From Takakia lepidozioides (lineage: Eukaryota; Plantae; Bryophyta), in assembly GCA_030704615.1 (NCBI GenBank), contig CM060732.1:41912001-41976000 (forward strand): a stretch of DNA of 64,000 bases, written 5' to 3'. Of the stretch, positions 1 to 13,230 are shown in pieces (the stretch's first letter is position 1; the number at the start of each line of letters is the position of its first letter). The translations under genes and the position numbers were made by a program. The notes beneath the pieces were generated by a model. That model was given only the letters and a program-made list of their open reading frames with translations, made no database searches and had not been told where the DNA came from.

Positions 1-1625
1 AGATCTCTTCAATCTGCCTTGCTTCCACACCACTCTCTCCTTCCATTTTCTCTGAAACAGTTGCAACTGCACAAACATATCAAGACAAAGTTAACATGCA
101 GTTGATGTTAACATTTGACTGAAGACACCGTACGTGATGGACCTGCAGGGGATGAGGTAAAATTTGTCAAGTGCCCAGAGCAAATGAAGGGCAAGAGATT
201 GTACTCATAAGACGTTGTTTGCCGTAGCCTTGTGGCCATTGACCCTGCGCCCAGTTTGAGCGGGAACAAAAGGGACAGAACCTACCTCTGTCAGGGGCTG
301 ACGTTGGTAGTAAGACTTACCTCCATATAAAGAATTAATCCGGGTTTTCCAGAAGGGCAAGAGAAACAAGAGGAGAGACACAAAGTGTGATCAATCATCC
401 CGGTTAGCACTGGCACGTTGTAATCTCTCAATTGTAGGGCCCCCACTTGTGAAGTAGCCAGGAAGTTGGATGGGCGAGAGATACTCCAGTAACATTTGGA
501 CCACATTATATCATTATGGTATAGGGTATCTAAGGAACCTTGACATGCGTTGCCCCACTGTGTTGATCTGATTTGAATGCTCTTATGTTGGAACACAATG
601 TACAATTAATTCACTAGTATAACAAAAAAAAAGTGTAGAGACTCCAGAGCCATGCTTGCTGGTCACCGTACCTAGGCAACCTCCCAGCGACCGTGACTAG
701 CAAATATCCCCAGGAAAAACTTCAAGGAATTAGATCATTGAAACACACCAAATCGTTGCAATCACAACGACTTGCTGTAATTTGGCTTCCACACGAACAG
801 AGTGGAATTTGAAGACCTTGCGGGATTGTGGGCATGGAACTTCACCAGAACAAGGGCCATCCAAAGGGAGTGAGCAAAACTACCTCCTTTCATCTCTGAG
901 GGACGAAGCTTGTCAAAATAAGCATCCAATGCCTTGAGACCTTGCAAATCCTTTGAAATTTCCTCTGAACGGCCTGTTCCAGAACCCTGGCTGCCTGCTG
1001 ACACCCTCTCGTTCTTTGACTCTGAAATAAGTACAGACACCGAAGGTGGTCCAATTGCCACACCATTCCTTACTGCTTCGGTTGTTGTGGACCCAATTAA
1101 TTCTCTCTCGTGGAGCTTGCTAAAATATGCATCCAGTGCGTTAAGTCCCCTGCGAACAGCCCATCCTTGTGTCTCCCTGATGTTTTCGTCTGTTCCATCC
1201 TTGCTTGTGGTTTGGTCATCGGCCTCCAGTGTTGATGTCGACAGATTACTTTCAGCCTGTACCTCATTCTGCTTAACCTGACTTGGAGGAAGACAGCACA
1301 CAGGACGTAATTCTCTTCCCCTAATTTGGCTTCCATACCTCGGACAAAGCTTGCTACTACCCTCTTTCCTCCAGAGCTGCTGTGAGCCCACATGCAAGCC
1401 CCTCAGATGTAAAGGGCTGTGTGTGCCATAGCTTGTGGCTCTTGCAGCTGCTCCCAATGAGGGTGTTCGTTTGCTCCTGTTCTCCAACAACAGGGCCTGT
1501 ACAAGACTGTGTCTGACATTCTCGCCCCTGTGGTAGTTGCTTCTTTTCAAGTTGTGCAAGTGTGGGGACGTTTGTGACTGCCAGCAGTGACTTTGTAAAG
1601 TCTGCACGCCTTGCAGTGTGGCCAT
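1..1625 (-). CDS. RBL9: 5' part of a probable chloroplast rhomboid-like protein 9; gene runs off the left edge
   Basis: Exon 1625-884 (ATG, transit-peptide-like N-terminus, donor GGAG|GTAG) splices in phase 1 to exon 66-1 (tgtgcAG|, VATVSEKMEGESGVEARQIEEI). Two LxALDAYFxKL motifs resemble the LDSYFxKL motif recalled from plant RBL9 N-termini. The rhomboid domain is not in the window. Confidence 0.5.
196..345 (-). mobile_element. 3' fragment of the RTE/RTEX-like LINE family, in an intron
   Basis: Minus strand reads CAAACTGGGCGCAGGGTCAATGGCCACAAGGCTACGGCAAACAACGTCTTATGAGTACAATCTC, matching the LINE 3' end at ~62690-62850 and the copies at 25717 and 31871. Upstream extent uncertain. Confidence 0.75.
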
Positions 1626-3102
1626 TGCTAATGCAAGGAAGACACATGCACTGTAGATAGGAAAGGGTAAATTAGTCTTTCATGGTGTCTCACTCCCTAC
1701 TCACAGTCAAAGAAGATGAGGCATACTACATTTCCCTCTACCCTGTGACTGCCTAGAAATCTTCCTGGACATTAAAGATGTACATCCACTGGTTGACATT
1801 CACTGTTGCTGATATACAGATGGATCCAGCTTTGTACTTCTGAAGCCTACACTTTAACCTGGTCCAACTACAACAGTAGTCCTGGCCTTGAAGGTTTCCC
1901 TGTCAAGCATCTATTATTGAGCTAATATTTGTGGAGGGGTCAAAATTTCCAGGTACTCGATCATTGTAATTATCCCTCTAGCAATAGTATCCACTACATG
2001 TATAGAAGACAATTGAGGTACAGGCTCCTCCCATCGAGATGTCCCAAAAGTATGATTATATCTCATTCATGCGTAGGTGGGTAAACGTTGAGAACAAGGG
2101 GCATGAATCATGTTACAGCGCTAATCAATGCCGACCCTGACCACATCCAATTCCATCTTCCAGATTATACGCATTTCGCGGCTTTAAATCACCAGTGTGA
2201 AATATATCGCCCAACTTTAGGTTTTTAAATTTCTTGAACTGGTTAAATGACATCCTTGTTAAGAGCCGACGCCAGAGGCTTGTATGTACTGCTTTACTCT
2301 CCTCCAAACCCCAGCCTCTTCATCTCGAGCAAAAAATTTCCAAAATTGGTGTACACCAGACTTTTCAGTCCCTCAACTGGTGAGAAGCCTTTCACTGGCC
2401 TGCACTAGCTGACGACTAAATTCTTTCCCTAACAGTCGCTTCAAGGAAAAACCTCTGCCTGACAGCGGGATTTACGTGCAATCATCTCCTTCTGAAAATT
2501 GCTCCAGCACACGCAAAATTCAACATCAAAGGACCTAAAACCACTTCCAGAGAACTCCGTACATAACCCCCGAAGATCTCCGCCGCAACTGGACAAGAGG
2601 ACAATCCTCCACACTCAATAACAGTAACAAAACCATCCGGCCATGTGCCAAGAGGCAAGACAAGCGGGAAAGAAACGCGAGCTTACCGGGTTCAACACGT
2701 TGGCAGAGCAATGCCAAGGCCTGGTCCACCGACCAGCTTGCTGTGCTACGTGAGCAGCAGCGACGCAGGCATCGCTGCGAGGGAGCAGAGCGCCATAGCC
2801 GGCTGCTGCACCACACTCCTCACGGAACCCGGCCTGGATAATTACCCCCCTCTTTATATTATCTGTTTTATTTGTTTTTCCACATTTTCCAATTGGTACC
2901 TTTGGATCTGTCCACGCAGGCTGCTACGAGATAGAGGAATATTCCCTTCACCCACAGTTGCAGTCTGCATTGTACAGTCACAGGTAGGTTGGTACCTACT
3001 TCGCCAGGTAGGTAGGTGCTTAGGTCATCCGAGGTAACCTATCATTGTATGTGTCTTTTTGTTTGTTTTTATTGGATTTTAAACCAACCATAAAGTTTTA
3101 AT

Positions 3103-5824
3103 CAGGGCCACTGTCCCCTGTTCACAAACCAAAAAACATTTTTTTTTTAAAAAACAACAAAAGAATTTTCTTTTCTTTTTTTTCTTTTTTCCAAAATCAC
3201 CCTTTCTTTTTTTTTTTAATCGCTAGAAGGTTTCTTCTTCCTCTTTGTGTGGGCGGCCCCTCCTGCATGTGCATCAGCTTCCTGGATTGGTGGATCTGCT
3301 GTCTCATGCAACGCCCTGCACCTACCATGCGGGTTACACCAACCTCCCGAATGCCTATTCGGGCGTACTCCCGTTCCAGGCCTTCCCGTCCACCAACAAA
3401 AGGAGCAACTTCGTGTGAGCCCTCCCGCCCCGCTTTGGCTCCCCAAATATGCGAAGCACGTGGTCCGCAAACTACTGCCGATGACTGTCCGACTGCGCTC
3501 GATGAGTAGCCGCTTTTGGAATGAGTGCCCGAGGAGTTGGAGCTGTCGACGATACCACCACCGTGTCGAGCTCGTCTTCACTCACAATTCCTTTGTACAA
3601 ATAGCATTTTCGAGTCCAGGTCGAAATCTGGCGATTTTTTGCCAGGAAAAAAAACTGTTAGGTTTGTAGGAGGGTTAAGCGGGTATAAATATATACTAGT
3701 GTTGGGAGGTTCTTTGATTATAATCCAATAGACACTTCACATCACATATTATAAGCCTTGAAGTGACAATGATGTAGTTGCTATAATCTTTGTTATTGCG
3801 TCACCTGAACTTCAAATATCGATTTTGCTAATTACCAGTGTTGGACCCATATGTAGGCCCAACCCGGGTATCAATCCGGGTAGGTAATACCATAACGGGC
3901 TGGTAGGTAGGGTGGCCAATACCCAGGCTATACCATACTAGGGGCAATACATACTTCGCTCCATACTACGGTATATACCATACATGTCTGGTATTGCAAC
4001 GGACTAGATTGCTATTGATACCAGTATTGCTGCTATGCTATGTGAGCCTCCAAAGGGCAGTAGGTGTATGTGAGGAGTTAGGACAAGGGAATTCATGGGC
4101 ATTTATGGCATCTTTTTTAGATTCAATGTGTAATGTATGAACTCAATTCTCGTCTTGTATGTGTGCATTGTGGTGTAATTGTGATCCATTGTGAAGGTCA
4201 ATTCTTTTTTTCATGTTATTGAATATTTCATATACCTAACCCGCGCAATACTCATATTCCCCCATATGAGATGAAAAAAATCAATTATTGATACCCTACT
4301 GATATACAGCCACCATTTTACATTATTGATACCCCTCCCATACCCTACCCGCCCCCTTACCCCAATACCAGGACCATACCAGTGTTGGGAAATGTGGGCC
4401 ATGGTGATACCAGAACCATATTTATGTGATACGAGTCCAACACCGCTAATTACCCAAAAGGAGTTTCTCTATACAAGATCATAAATATGACTTTCGAATT
4501 AAATTTCAGGTGTAAGTATCTTACAATGTATGTGCTACATGCTCGTCAAGTAAGCCATTATTTTTTTTTTTCCATAATCAATCAAAAAAAATTTCTAAAA
4601 TTATTTCTCGCTACTATGTCATATCTAGGAAAAAACGTGCCCAATAAATTCTTAAGGTCCTAAAATTCCTATACCATCAACCCTAAGTAACCAACTTAAA
4701 TGTCATGAAAATGCACAATTTTTTTTTGGTCATAATTTGCGTAGAAGTGAAGAAGATTTGAGCGGCCAATGGGGAGGGAGGGCACCCGTGAAGGAACGGG
4801 TGAAATATGAGGCCACATGGATAGGGTAGCACATAAATAGGAAGGTGGGCCTGCTTCTCGTTCTAGAGCATTCTAGAAGTGATATCAGGCAGTGGATCGG
4901 TGGGCCCAAGGCCCCTAGAAACATCGTGGTTGTGGTTGTGGCTGTGGCTGCTGCAGGAGTATACGAGAGCAGTGTATGAGAGCAAGTGTATGGCAGGATC
5001 GAGAGAAGGTTGGGGCTTGGTGAAGTACGGATGGAGAGTGGGGCCACTGGGATCACGCCTTGGGGCTTGTCTTCAAGGTGGAGCGCTTGGGGCTAGCGAA
5101 GTTGGGCTAGGGGCACTGGATCGTCGACGTGCTTCTCAACAAAGACTCAATTCATACAAGTTCAACACACATTTCTGCCTACAATCGGAACCCGCAGTTT
5201 AGATTTATGATTCACGTTTCAATTGCCTTTTTACAATCGACATTCTAGTTTGTTGTATGGTAATTTAGATATCTACTTCATTGCTTTTCTTTCCTTTTGC
5301 AAATACTGCACTATGTTGCAACTAATTTTTGTAACTCTTTAAACTGTTTATGTTTATACAGAAAACCTTTCTATCCGCAGGACCATCTACTATTTAATAT
5401 AAATGTCAATATGGGCAGTAAGGGGTAACTCTTTAAAATGTTAGGATTGATCTTGAAGAAGGAAAAAAAAAAAAAAAAAAAAAAAAAAAACTTGGTTTCA
5501 AAAGTCACATATCTCATCATGAAAATTGTATTGACATTGAAAAGGAATAGAACTTTATCTGATAAATTTGGCACCATCAAAAATATTCATACAACATTAA
5601 GGGCCGGGGGGATTCAAGCGTTGTACAATATTGTATCTACGGCATTTTGATGGTTAGCTACAGCCATCTGGATTAGTTCTACCCGCATCAGCTACAGATC
5701 TATCCATCAAAGACGTATATCCTTTGTAGAACGCAATACTTCATGCGAACTCTGACGACTCCTACACGACTGACTTTTCTTTTTCTTTTCTTTTTAATAA
5801 ATAAAACAGGGGGCAGTGGCCCTG
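3103..5824. mobile_element. Composite repeat block bounded by 20-bp inverted repeats (possible non-autonomous DNA transposon)
   Basis: CAGGGCCACTGTCCCCTGTT (3103-3122) and AACAGGGGGCAGTGGCCCTG (5805-5824) are reverse complements with 1 mismatch. No TSD found. Confidence 0.4.
3836..4445. mobile_element. hAT-type non-autonomous element (MITE)
   Basis: TIRs CAGTGTTGGAC...GTCCAACACCG; exact 8-bp TSD CTAATTAC at 3828-3835 and 4446-4453. Confidence 0.9.
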
Positions 5825-6228
5825 TTATTACTTTATTTGGAATTATTTAGAGGGAAAAAATTAAACCCTCGGGAACACCATAAGGCACACACACCGATGT
5901 CCGTGAAATACGAACTTTCCTACTCTTGGTCGAGTATAAGCGACCCATACTACTCTGATTGAGTAAATAAAATCTTGCTAGTAATTGCTTTGTAAATATC
6001 AAAGCATCCCCAGGGCAAAATGCCTGGGGATTTATTGTTGAGTAGCTGCATCACAGAAAGTGGGTGTATCCTGGAGGCGATTGAGTGAATACAGCTCGGC
6101 CATACTTCAGATTTACGAAACATCAGCGAAAGTGGAGTCTCGACTGTTTGGATTTCTCCTTGACGTGCTTCCAGTTTATATCCCTGTCAAACTCCGGCGA
6201 GGCGGTGGATGGTGGTATTGATGTTGCT

Positions 6229-9200
6229 TCAGCTGGGCGGAGGCAGCTTGTTCCATTTGCAGTGATCGCTGGAGACGCTTCTGCAGATAATGCCTTGACG
6301 TGCCCAGGTAGAGATGAAGGCAGAGTGCAGTTGGCCTGCAATCCGTGGTTTCTTTTTCATGTCAGCTGCTAGTTTGATCCAGGCTCTCCTGGATTCAATT
6401 TGTAAATCAAAGTATATTGCTAAAAGAAGTGCTGATACTGAGCAGGTGGTTCCAGAGAAGGTTCGTTTACATCTCGCTTTCCACAAGTGCCAGAGGATGA
6501 CACATCTAAGAGTGTCCAAGACTGGACAATCACTGGCTCGGCTTTTTGAGGATTTGTCATAGTTTAGCATAATTCCAAGTGAGGTTAGAGGTATGTCGTT
6601 CCAGCGGCTATAGAGGGAGCGGATGTGCGGCCATATCGATGCAGGGGCGTGGCAGTAAAGAAGACAGTGTTCTTGTGATTCCATGATAGCTGCTGTACAA
6701 CATTTACAGATAATGACATCATTAAACCCTAGCCATTCCCCTACCTTCAGAACTCTGTTTGCTATTTGCCACAAGAATGCAGCCATCTTGGCCGGTCTGG
6801 CTTTGGTCCAGATGATCCTCCAAATCGATTCCTAGCTTTCATTGAGAAAGTCGAAATGACTCCACTTATCGTTCCATTTCGCCAAAAGGGGAGGGGCTTG
6901 CGATAGTGTTGTATATCCTTTTTTAGTTGTGTATGTGAAGAATGGGGTAGTGGTGCGGGTTAGTTTCCAGGACCATTCCTGCGGATCGAAGTCTAACTCT
7001 GGAAGAGGCCTGCCAAGGATCCATACAAATCTTTGAGAGGCTAGCCATGCTAGAGGAGGTTGGTTCAGGGGGGGTTGTCTTTGGTTGGGGATGTCCAGCA
7101 GCAGATGCTGACAGGGGTGTATGGACTGCGAGGGAAGAATCAAATGATGTTGTCTTGGATTGAAAGTGTCAGGGTATTAGTGTCAATGTGAAAGGAGTAT
7201 CCTTCCATGGATTGGTCTGTAGTGGAAACCACAAAGAGGATAGTAAGTGTGTTGGAAAGGATAACAAGAGTCCAGTAATTGGAGGAGGGGCTTGAGGGTC
7301 CCGCCAAGAGCTTGTCAATCCAAGGGGATGGGATGCTTTGGATAATGGAATCGTAACTGTGGTTCACTGGTTAACTGTGGTACTCTGATTCTTCCGACTA
7401 TGGTAGTGGCTGTGTCTTTGGAGAGCAGGTTGCCCTGTTTCCAAATGTCTCCTACTTTACTGATCCCCTTAGAGCCCCAGCCTGCCCATTTTTTGGCCTG
7501 CTGCCTTTGAATTGGGGTGGTGACGTTAGAGTTCAGGAATAGTGATTGTCTGAGGGTTTGGAAGTAAGATGTGGGCTCCGCTTTTGCTAGAAATGGTCTC
7601 AGCTGTGACCAAGCTTGCCAAATGGCTGTCCATAAAGGGGATCCAGTTGTCTTATGCTTAAACCCATAGACTATCCATATGTAGGATGGCAGCCATGAGA
7701 CAGATTTGAGGGGGGATGCCATGACTATGCTGTCTGCAACTAAGAATTTCCACCATCCCCCCTCAGGGCCTAAGAATCTCGGGATCCATTTGCCCAAAAA
7801 GGCTGTGATCTGTTTGTCTAAGTCAATGATACCAAGACCCCCTTTCTTTTTGGGGAGACATATCTGTTTCCACGAGACCTGCGGGCGTTTTTTTACATTA
7901 TGGTTGGCTGCCCCCCAAATGTAGTTCCTCAATAGTTTTTTTGCTTCTTTGATGTTGGACGAGGCCGGTTGCTAGGATGCAGCGAAGAACCACAGACCTG
8001 ATGAGAGGATCCGGTTGGTTGACAAGGCTTTGCCTGTAATGGATAGGAAGTGAGAGTCCCAGTATGTCAGCTTTGTCTTAAGCTTCACTATTGTGGGCTG
8101 GAAACGTTGCTGGTCTGTGAGATCAATGCTGTATGTGTACCCTAGGAGTGTGGTTGTTTCACCTGGCTTAAGCCATCGCAATCCTTTGTCCAGGCTCCAT
8201 GTTGGCTGGTTCCCAATCTGGGATTTCGTGGTATCCCCCACCAATAAGGCACATGTCTTTCCCCAATTGACTTTAAATCCTGATGCCTGGCGAAACGTAT
8301 CTAAGGTTTGCGATGTGTTATCTAGGTTGATGGGGGAGGCTTGAAGTGCGAGAAAGGTATCGTCCACGAACATGTATTCTTTGATTTGAATGGGTTGTCT
8401 AGTGATGTGGTTGAATGTTTGAAGGCCGTGTATACTGTGATTGGCTTCTAGCATGTGACCCAGTGTGTCAGCAGCTATGATGAAAAGGAAGGGGGAGAGC
8501 GGGCAGCCCTGGCGCACTGATCTGCGAAAGGAGAAAGCTTTGGAGAGGTGTCCGTTGATTAGAACCCTACTTGAGGCACCGAACAGGAGAGTCTTAACCC
8601 ATTTGCAGAATCCCAGGGGTATGCCTATCTTTTGCAGGGCTCCCATTAAGAAAGACCATTCCACCCTGTCAAAAGCTTTTTCGAAGTCTAAAAGCAGAAG
8701 CGTTATGGCCTAGCTAGTTTTCTTGGCATAGTGGGGTATTTCCTGGGCAAGCAAGAGATTGTCTAGGATGTACCTTCCCTTAATGAATCATGTCTGACCT
8801 GGTCTAATAATAGTTGGCAGGAAAGGCTGGAGGCGTCTTGCTAAGGCTTTTGCTATTATTTTGTATGCCACGTTTAACAGGGTTATGGGCCTGTAATTGG
8901 CAATACTAGTTCTGTCCCCCTTTTTGAAGAGGAGGATGATGACTCCTTGCGTCATTGGAGGCATCTGCTGTTGCTGAAAGATCTGATTGGCCATTTCAGT
9001 GAAATCCTTGGAAATGTGTTTCCACAGGGACTTGTAGAACTCTACCGGCATCCCATCTAGGCCCGGAGATTTACCATTGTGGAGCTTTGAGAGCGCCTCT
9101 TCAAGCTCTAGGTCGGTGAAGGAGCCTTCCAGAGCATCCGCCATGCTTGGAGTGAGCAGGTTTGGGGTCTGCGAGAGGCAGTGCTGTTGGGTGGCAGTCA

Positions 9201-10533
9201 GGGGTGAGAATTGCTGGTCACTATGAAATAAGGATTGAAAGTGAGAGAAGGCTAAGCTGGTCATGGCTTTTGGGGAGGAAGTGGTAATCCCAGAGGTGTG
9301 GTCTTTAAGGCTGGTGATGTTTTGCGCAACTCTTTTCTGTCTGGTTTTGTTGAAAAAATATTTGGTCATCTTTTCTCCCCGAGTTGCCCAATTAATTCCC
9401 GCCCGCATTTTAAGTTTATCATCTCCAAGGTTTTGATATACTTCCATGCTAGCTTTAGCTTCCATGTATGTATTGAAGGTGGCTTCATCGCAGCGAGGGC
9501 TTTCCATTCTGATTTGACAGACCCTAAGACATTTGGTTAGGGCTTTGATTTTGAGCTTCCTGGCTTCCGAGATGTCTCTGCTTAGAGATTGACTGGCTAT
9601 CGCTGTGGCTTTTAACTTGGCTTGAAATCTTAGAATGGGATCTCCGATGTTGGTACCCTCTTGTGACCAGACTATTTGTAAACCTTCTTTGAAGGCTGGG
9701 ATTCCCAGTAGGAATGCGTTCATCCTATACATTCCCCTTCCTCTCTTTTGGTCTGATGGGATCTGGATAGTGGCTGAGATCTCAGCATGGTCAAAGCCTG
9801 CAGGGATGGGTTGTTGGGGCAGCCTTGTCATCCATTGAATTATATTCAGGGATGAGTAGAACCTGTCTAAACGAGCCATTTGAAGGTTTTGAAGATCTCT
9901 ATTGTTGGACCAAGTGAAGCGGGGGTGAAGTTGTTCCAATTCAGAGGGGGAATCACAATGAATTTCTGTGAGACGGTGGTTCTGTGTCAAAGTCAGCCAG
10001 CTTTGGAGGTCATCATTGATGTGGTTGATGACAGGTTCGCCTCTACAGTCCTCGGTACGTTCCACCATGTTATAATCTCCAGCTAAAAGCCAATGGTCAA
10101 TTGTTTGAAGCTCTTGCATCTTAGAGTCCAGCAATGCCCATAGATTTGCTCTTTCTTGGCTATCGTTTGGCGCATAGATGTTGAGGATGCCCAGGGATCC
10201 CCTATTGTTTGGTAATGAAAGGGCACAGAATTGTACCCTTCCCGGAGCCCATACTGCTTCGGAAGTGATGAGTGGTTGGATAGCTTGCGTAAATAGGATG
10301 GCCGTACCTCCTCTAGATCCCATAGAGGTTGGGGCCCAGTGAGCCAAGGCTTTTGGCCAGAGGTGGTCTGACAAGTTATCTATTTTTTGTTGATCTTGTT
10401 TGTGCTCTTCAAGAAAAATTATCGTTTGTTGATTCAATAGTGGTGCGAGCCAGGTTGACAGCTGGACTCTTTTTAAAGAGCTGGGATCAGATCCCAGACC
10501 CCTTACGTTCCAGGACTTGATATTAATCAACAT
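6229..10533 (-). pseudogene. L1 ORF2 (AP endonuclease, reverse transcriptase, zf-RVT), disrupted
   Basis: SWNVRGL, NIYAPN, AGDYN, ARLDRFY, DH (EN); KSPGLDG, NYRPITLLN, DFEKAFDRVEW, VRQGCPLSP, FVDD (RT); CKCC..ESQEHCLLYC (zf-RVT). In-frame stops near 8788, 8712, 7972 and 6832; frameshifts near 7380 and 7140. Confidence 0.92.
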
Positions 10534-10627
10534 GAGGGTGTCATAAGGGGCAGAGACTAGGGGTCTCCATTGATGGCCCGTTGACAAAGAATTTAACCCT
10601 TTTGTCGAAGGGAAGGAGAGATTTTGT

Positions 10628-13230
10628 TCATGTGAGATTTGGGGGAAGGGTTAAGGAGTGTTTACTGATTTGAACCATGACTACCAATGGAGGGGTTTTC
10701 CATTGGGCTAAATTGTGGTTGCAGGTGAAGGTGAATTGGGAATGGTCTGGAGTGAGTCTAGTTATGGAATGTATGGTAACCTTTTCTAGAGATAACATCC
10801 GAGCCATTGTGTGGTTCAAAATTCTATCTATTTCCAGTACTAGATGCCACACATCGGTTTGTGGTTGGGTATAAGGGAGAGAAACGCAGGGGATAGACTG
10901 CCTTTTCGTCTTTGAACCAGGTTTCTTTTGGTCATTCCTACAAAGCAACCAACATCTTTTGCTATCTCGAAGAATAGGCTGGAAAATGAAACATGGGGTG
11001 GGTTTTAATCGTACCTGGAGTGAATGGATGACTGGGGGGGAGGGTGGTACATTTGCTTCAGGGACTGCCGGGGGTAGAACTTTCAGCTGTTGTCTGCTCT
11101 TCTTCCAATGTTGGAGGTTGTTCTTGAGTGATCACTTCCCTTGGCACCGAGACACTTGATGATGAAGAAGCTGAAGCCATCGGTGGAGGGCGTTCCCCAT
11201 TGATGTAGTCCCTGGTCCGCTGAAGTTCCATTCGTTGATTTTCCTCTTCCCTATCTTGTTCCAGGCGTCTCTCCAGGAGCATGAAGGCGTTTCTGAGGGA
11301 GTCCCTGGTTCTGATTTGCAGCCCACCGGTGCCCCAGGCTCGAGACATGATAGCCTCATTGACCCAAAATTGCTCCTCTGGTGCGGGTGTTTGATAGATG
11401 TCGGCCTCCTCCATGAGGGCCAAGACTTGCGTTGATGGTTTGGAGGTTAAACCCGGGTGATCTTCCCTGTATGCTCCCCATGTGATGTTGGTTGCGGACG
11501 AGAGATGGTAATGTTGAAAGTGGTTGGTGAAAAAATCGTATATTTTTCTTTTTATGATAAGGTCTGGGTTGCTTCCTTTTGGGCAGGTTTGCATGAAGGC
11601 TCTGATGTCCGAGGATGTTACCCACAGGGATTCCAGACATTCTGGGTTTCCGGAGGTCATTAGGAAGGATGGAGGAACTCTGTTTCTAAAGATTAAAGGT
11701 GTCACACAGGAGGCCTTGGGCTCATTGTCGGAGATCAGTTTTGAGCAACCTTCGAGAGCTAGCTTGGGGAAAGTTTGTAGTTGGAGACATATCCTTGCCA
11801 GTACAGGGTTATTGGCAATCCCGGAGACCAAAAACTGGCCTGTTTTTCCTTGCACCAAGTGTGGTTTGAGTACCCTGTTGCAATTTCCAAAGGGAGAGTC
11901 ATTTTCCTTTGTAGGTTGTTGTTTAGTTTGTCCCTGCCTTGATCAAGGGATTCCAGCTTCCAGCTGCATTGGGTCTGACCCCTACTTGGCATGATTTGGT
12001 GGTGGATTCAGCTGAAATGGGTCCTCCATGTCTGTGTTGATCTGAATCCCGGTTTTAACCTTTTGGATGGGCCTACCTGTACTCGGTGATAACTGTACCG
12101 GCGATTGGCCTTCTTCCTGCGGACGTGAAGGAGTCGAGTTCCCCTGCTTGTATGATCTTTTCCTTTTCCCCTATGGACAGTTAGCTTTGATATGGCCTTG
12201 CATGCCACAGTTAAAGCATGATGATGAAGTAGTGTCTTCAACCAGTCTTGTAGTAAAATAGTTGCCTTTCTTGTCAATGGGGAGGCGCACAAAGTTCGAG
12301 AGAGTGTCCTCGTCAGACATTAACAATACCATCTTAGGGAAACCACAATCATTGAGCCTTGAGGCAATGGTAGCTGACTTCCATGCTGGATTTTGCCTTA
12401 TAAGTTATGTATCCATGTGTGGATCAAATACTCCAATGCATCCCAGATATTCGCCAAAGTGGTTGGCAATATCTGGCAAATTCATAAGATACTGATCAGG
12501 AATAAATGGAAGTGAGACTATCATTGGCCCCCATAGCTTATCGTTCTTGTGACCCATTTTTGAGGACCAAGGAAATATGTTTACATTGAAACCGTGGACA
12601 TGGGGGTTGAAGTTGAGGGCTTTGGCTGCAACTTCTTGAGTTTCAAATTGAATAGAAAAGAAGCCTCTGCCCCTAGCGTGGTAGGATTGCTGCTTTAAGT
12701 CACCTGAACCCCCTCATGTATCTGACTGCCCAATCTTTCACAAAGGATCTACTAACTTTTTTTCCCGGGAAGTGTACCAAGATTCCGAGATCTTCCATGC
12801 TTGAGGTCCTTTTGAGAAGATCTGCCATGTCCATGGGGATGAGAGGGTAGTCTCCCTGGAGCGAGGGTCTAAAAGGTCATCTGTGATGTCTGGTCCTTCC
12901 AGCTGCTCTGGGTTTGGTACTGGGCTTCGATTCTGCAGGTAGACTGGCGCGTTTGCTGTCGCATTGGGAAGGGGGTTCGGATGCTGCCTCTGCGGATCTT
13001 CTTGACTTTCCCCGCGGTTGTCCGTCCAGGCTGCGAGTCGATCCTTGGGTTGCCAAATGACTATGCCTTCATGAATATTACGATCTCTCGTTTGGGCCTG
13101 GTGGGCTTGGAAGTAACCTGTACCCGAGGATGGAAGAGGGCGCTGCTGATGTCGTGGTTGTATCCGTGGTTGACCTCTCCCTCTGCCAGAGCTCTGACCG
13201 CGAGAGTGAAAACATGAGTTGGGAGTCATT
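10628..13230 (-). pseudogene. L1 ORF1 (DUF4283/RRM-like plus CCHC knuckle) with long C-terminal extension, disrupted
   Basis: Manual translation gives GRGFFSIQFETQEVAAKALNFNP..IFPW (~12680-12565) and CFNCGMQGHIKANC (12218-12177), in frame with ORF 11058..11858. Several stops and frameshifts. Confidence 0.75.

Noticed and set aside
762-883. C-terminal part of the 287-aa ORF
   Set aside because: Read-through into the intron after the donor at 883.
4789-5380. Solo-LTR-like segment, loosely similar to 35640-35940
   Set aside because: No TG...CA ends with a TSD could be defined.
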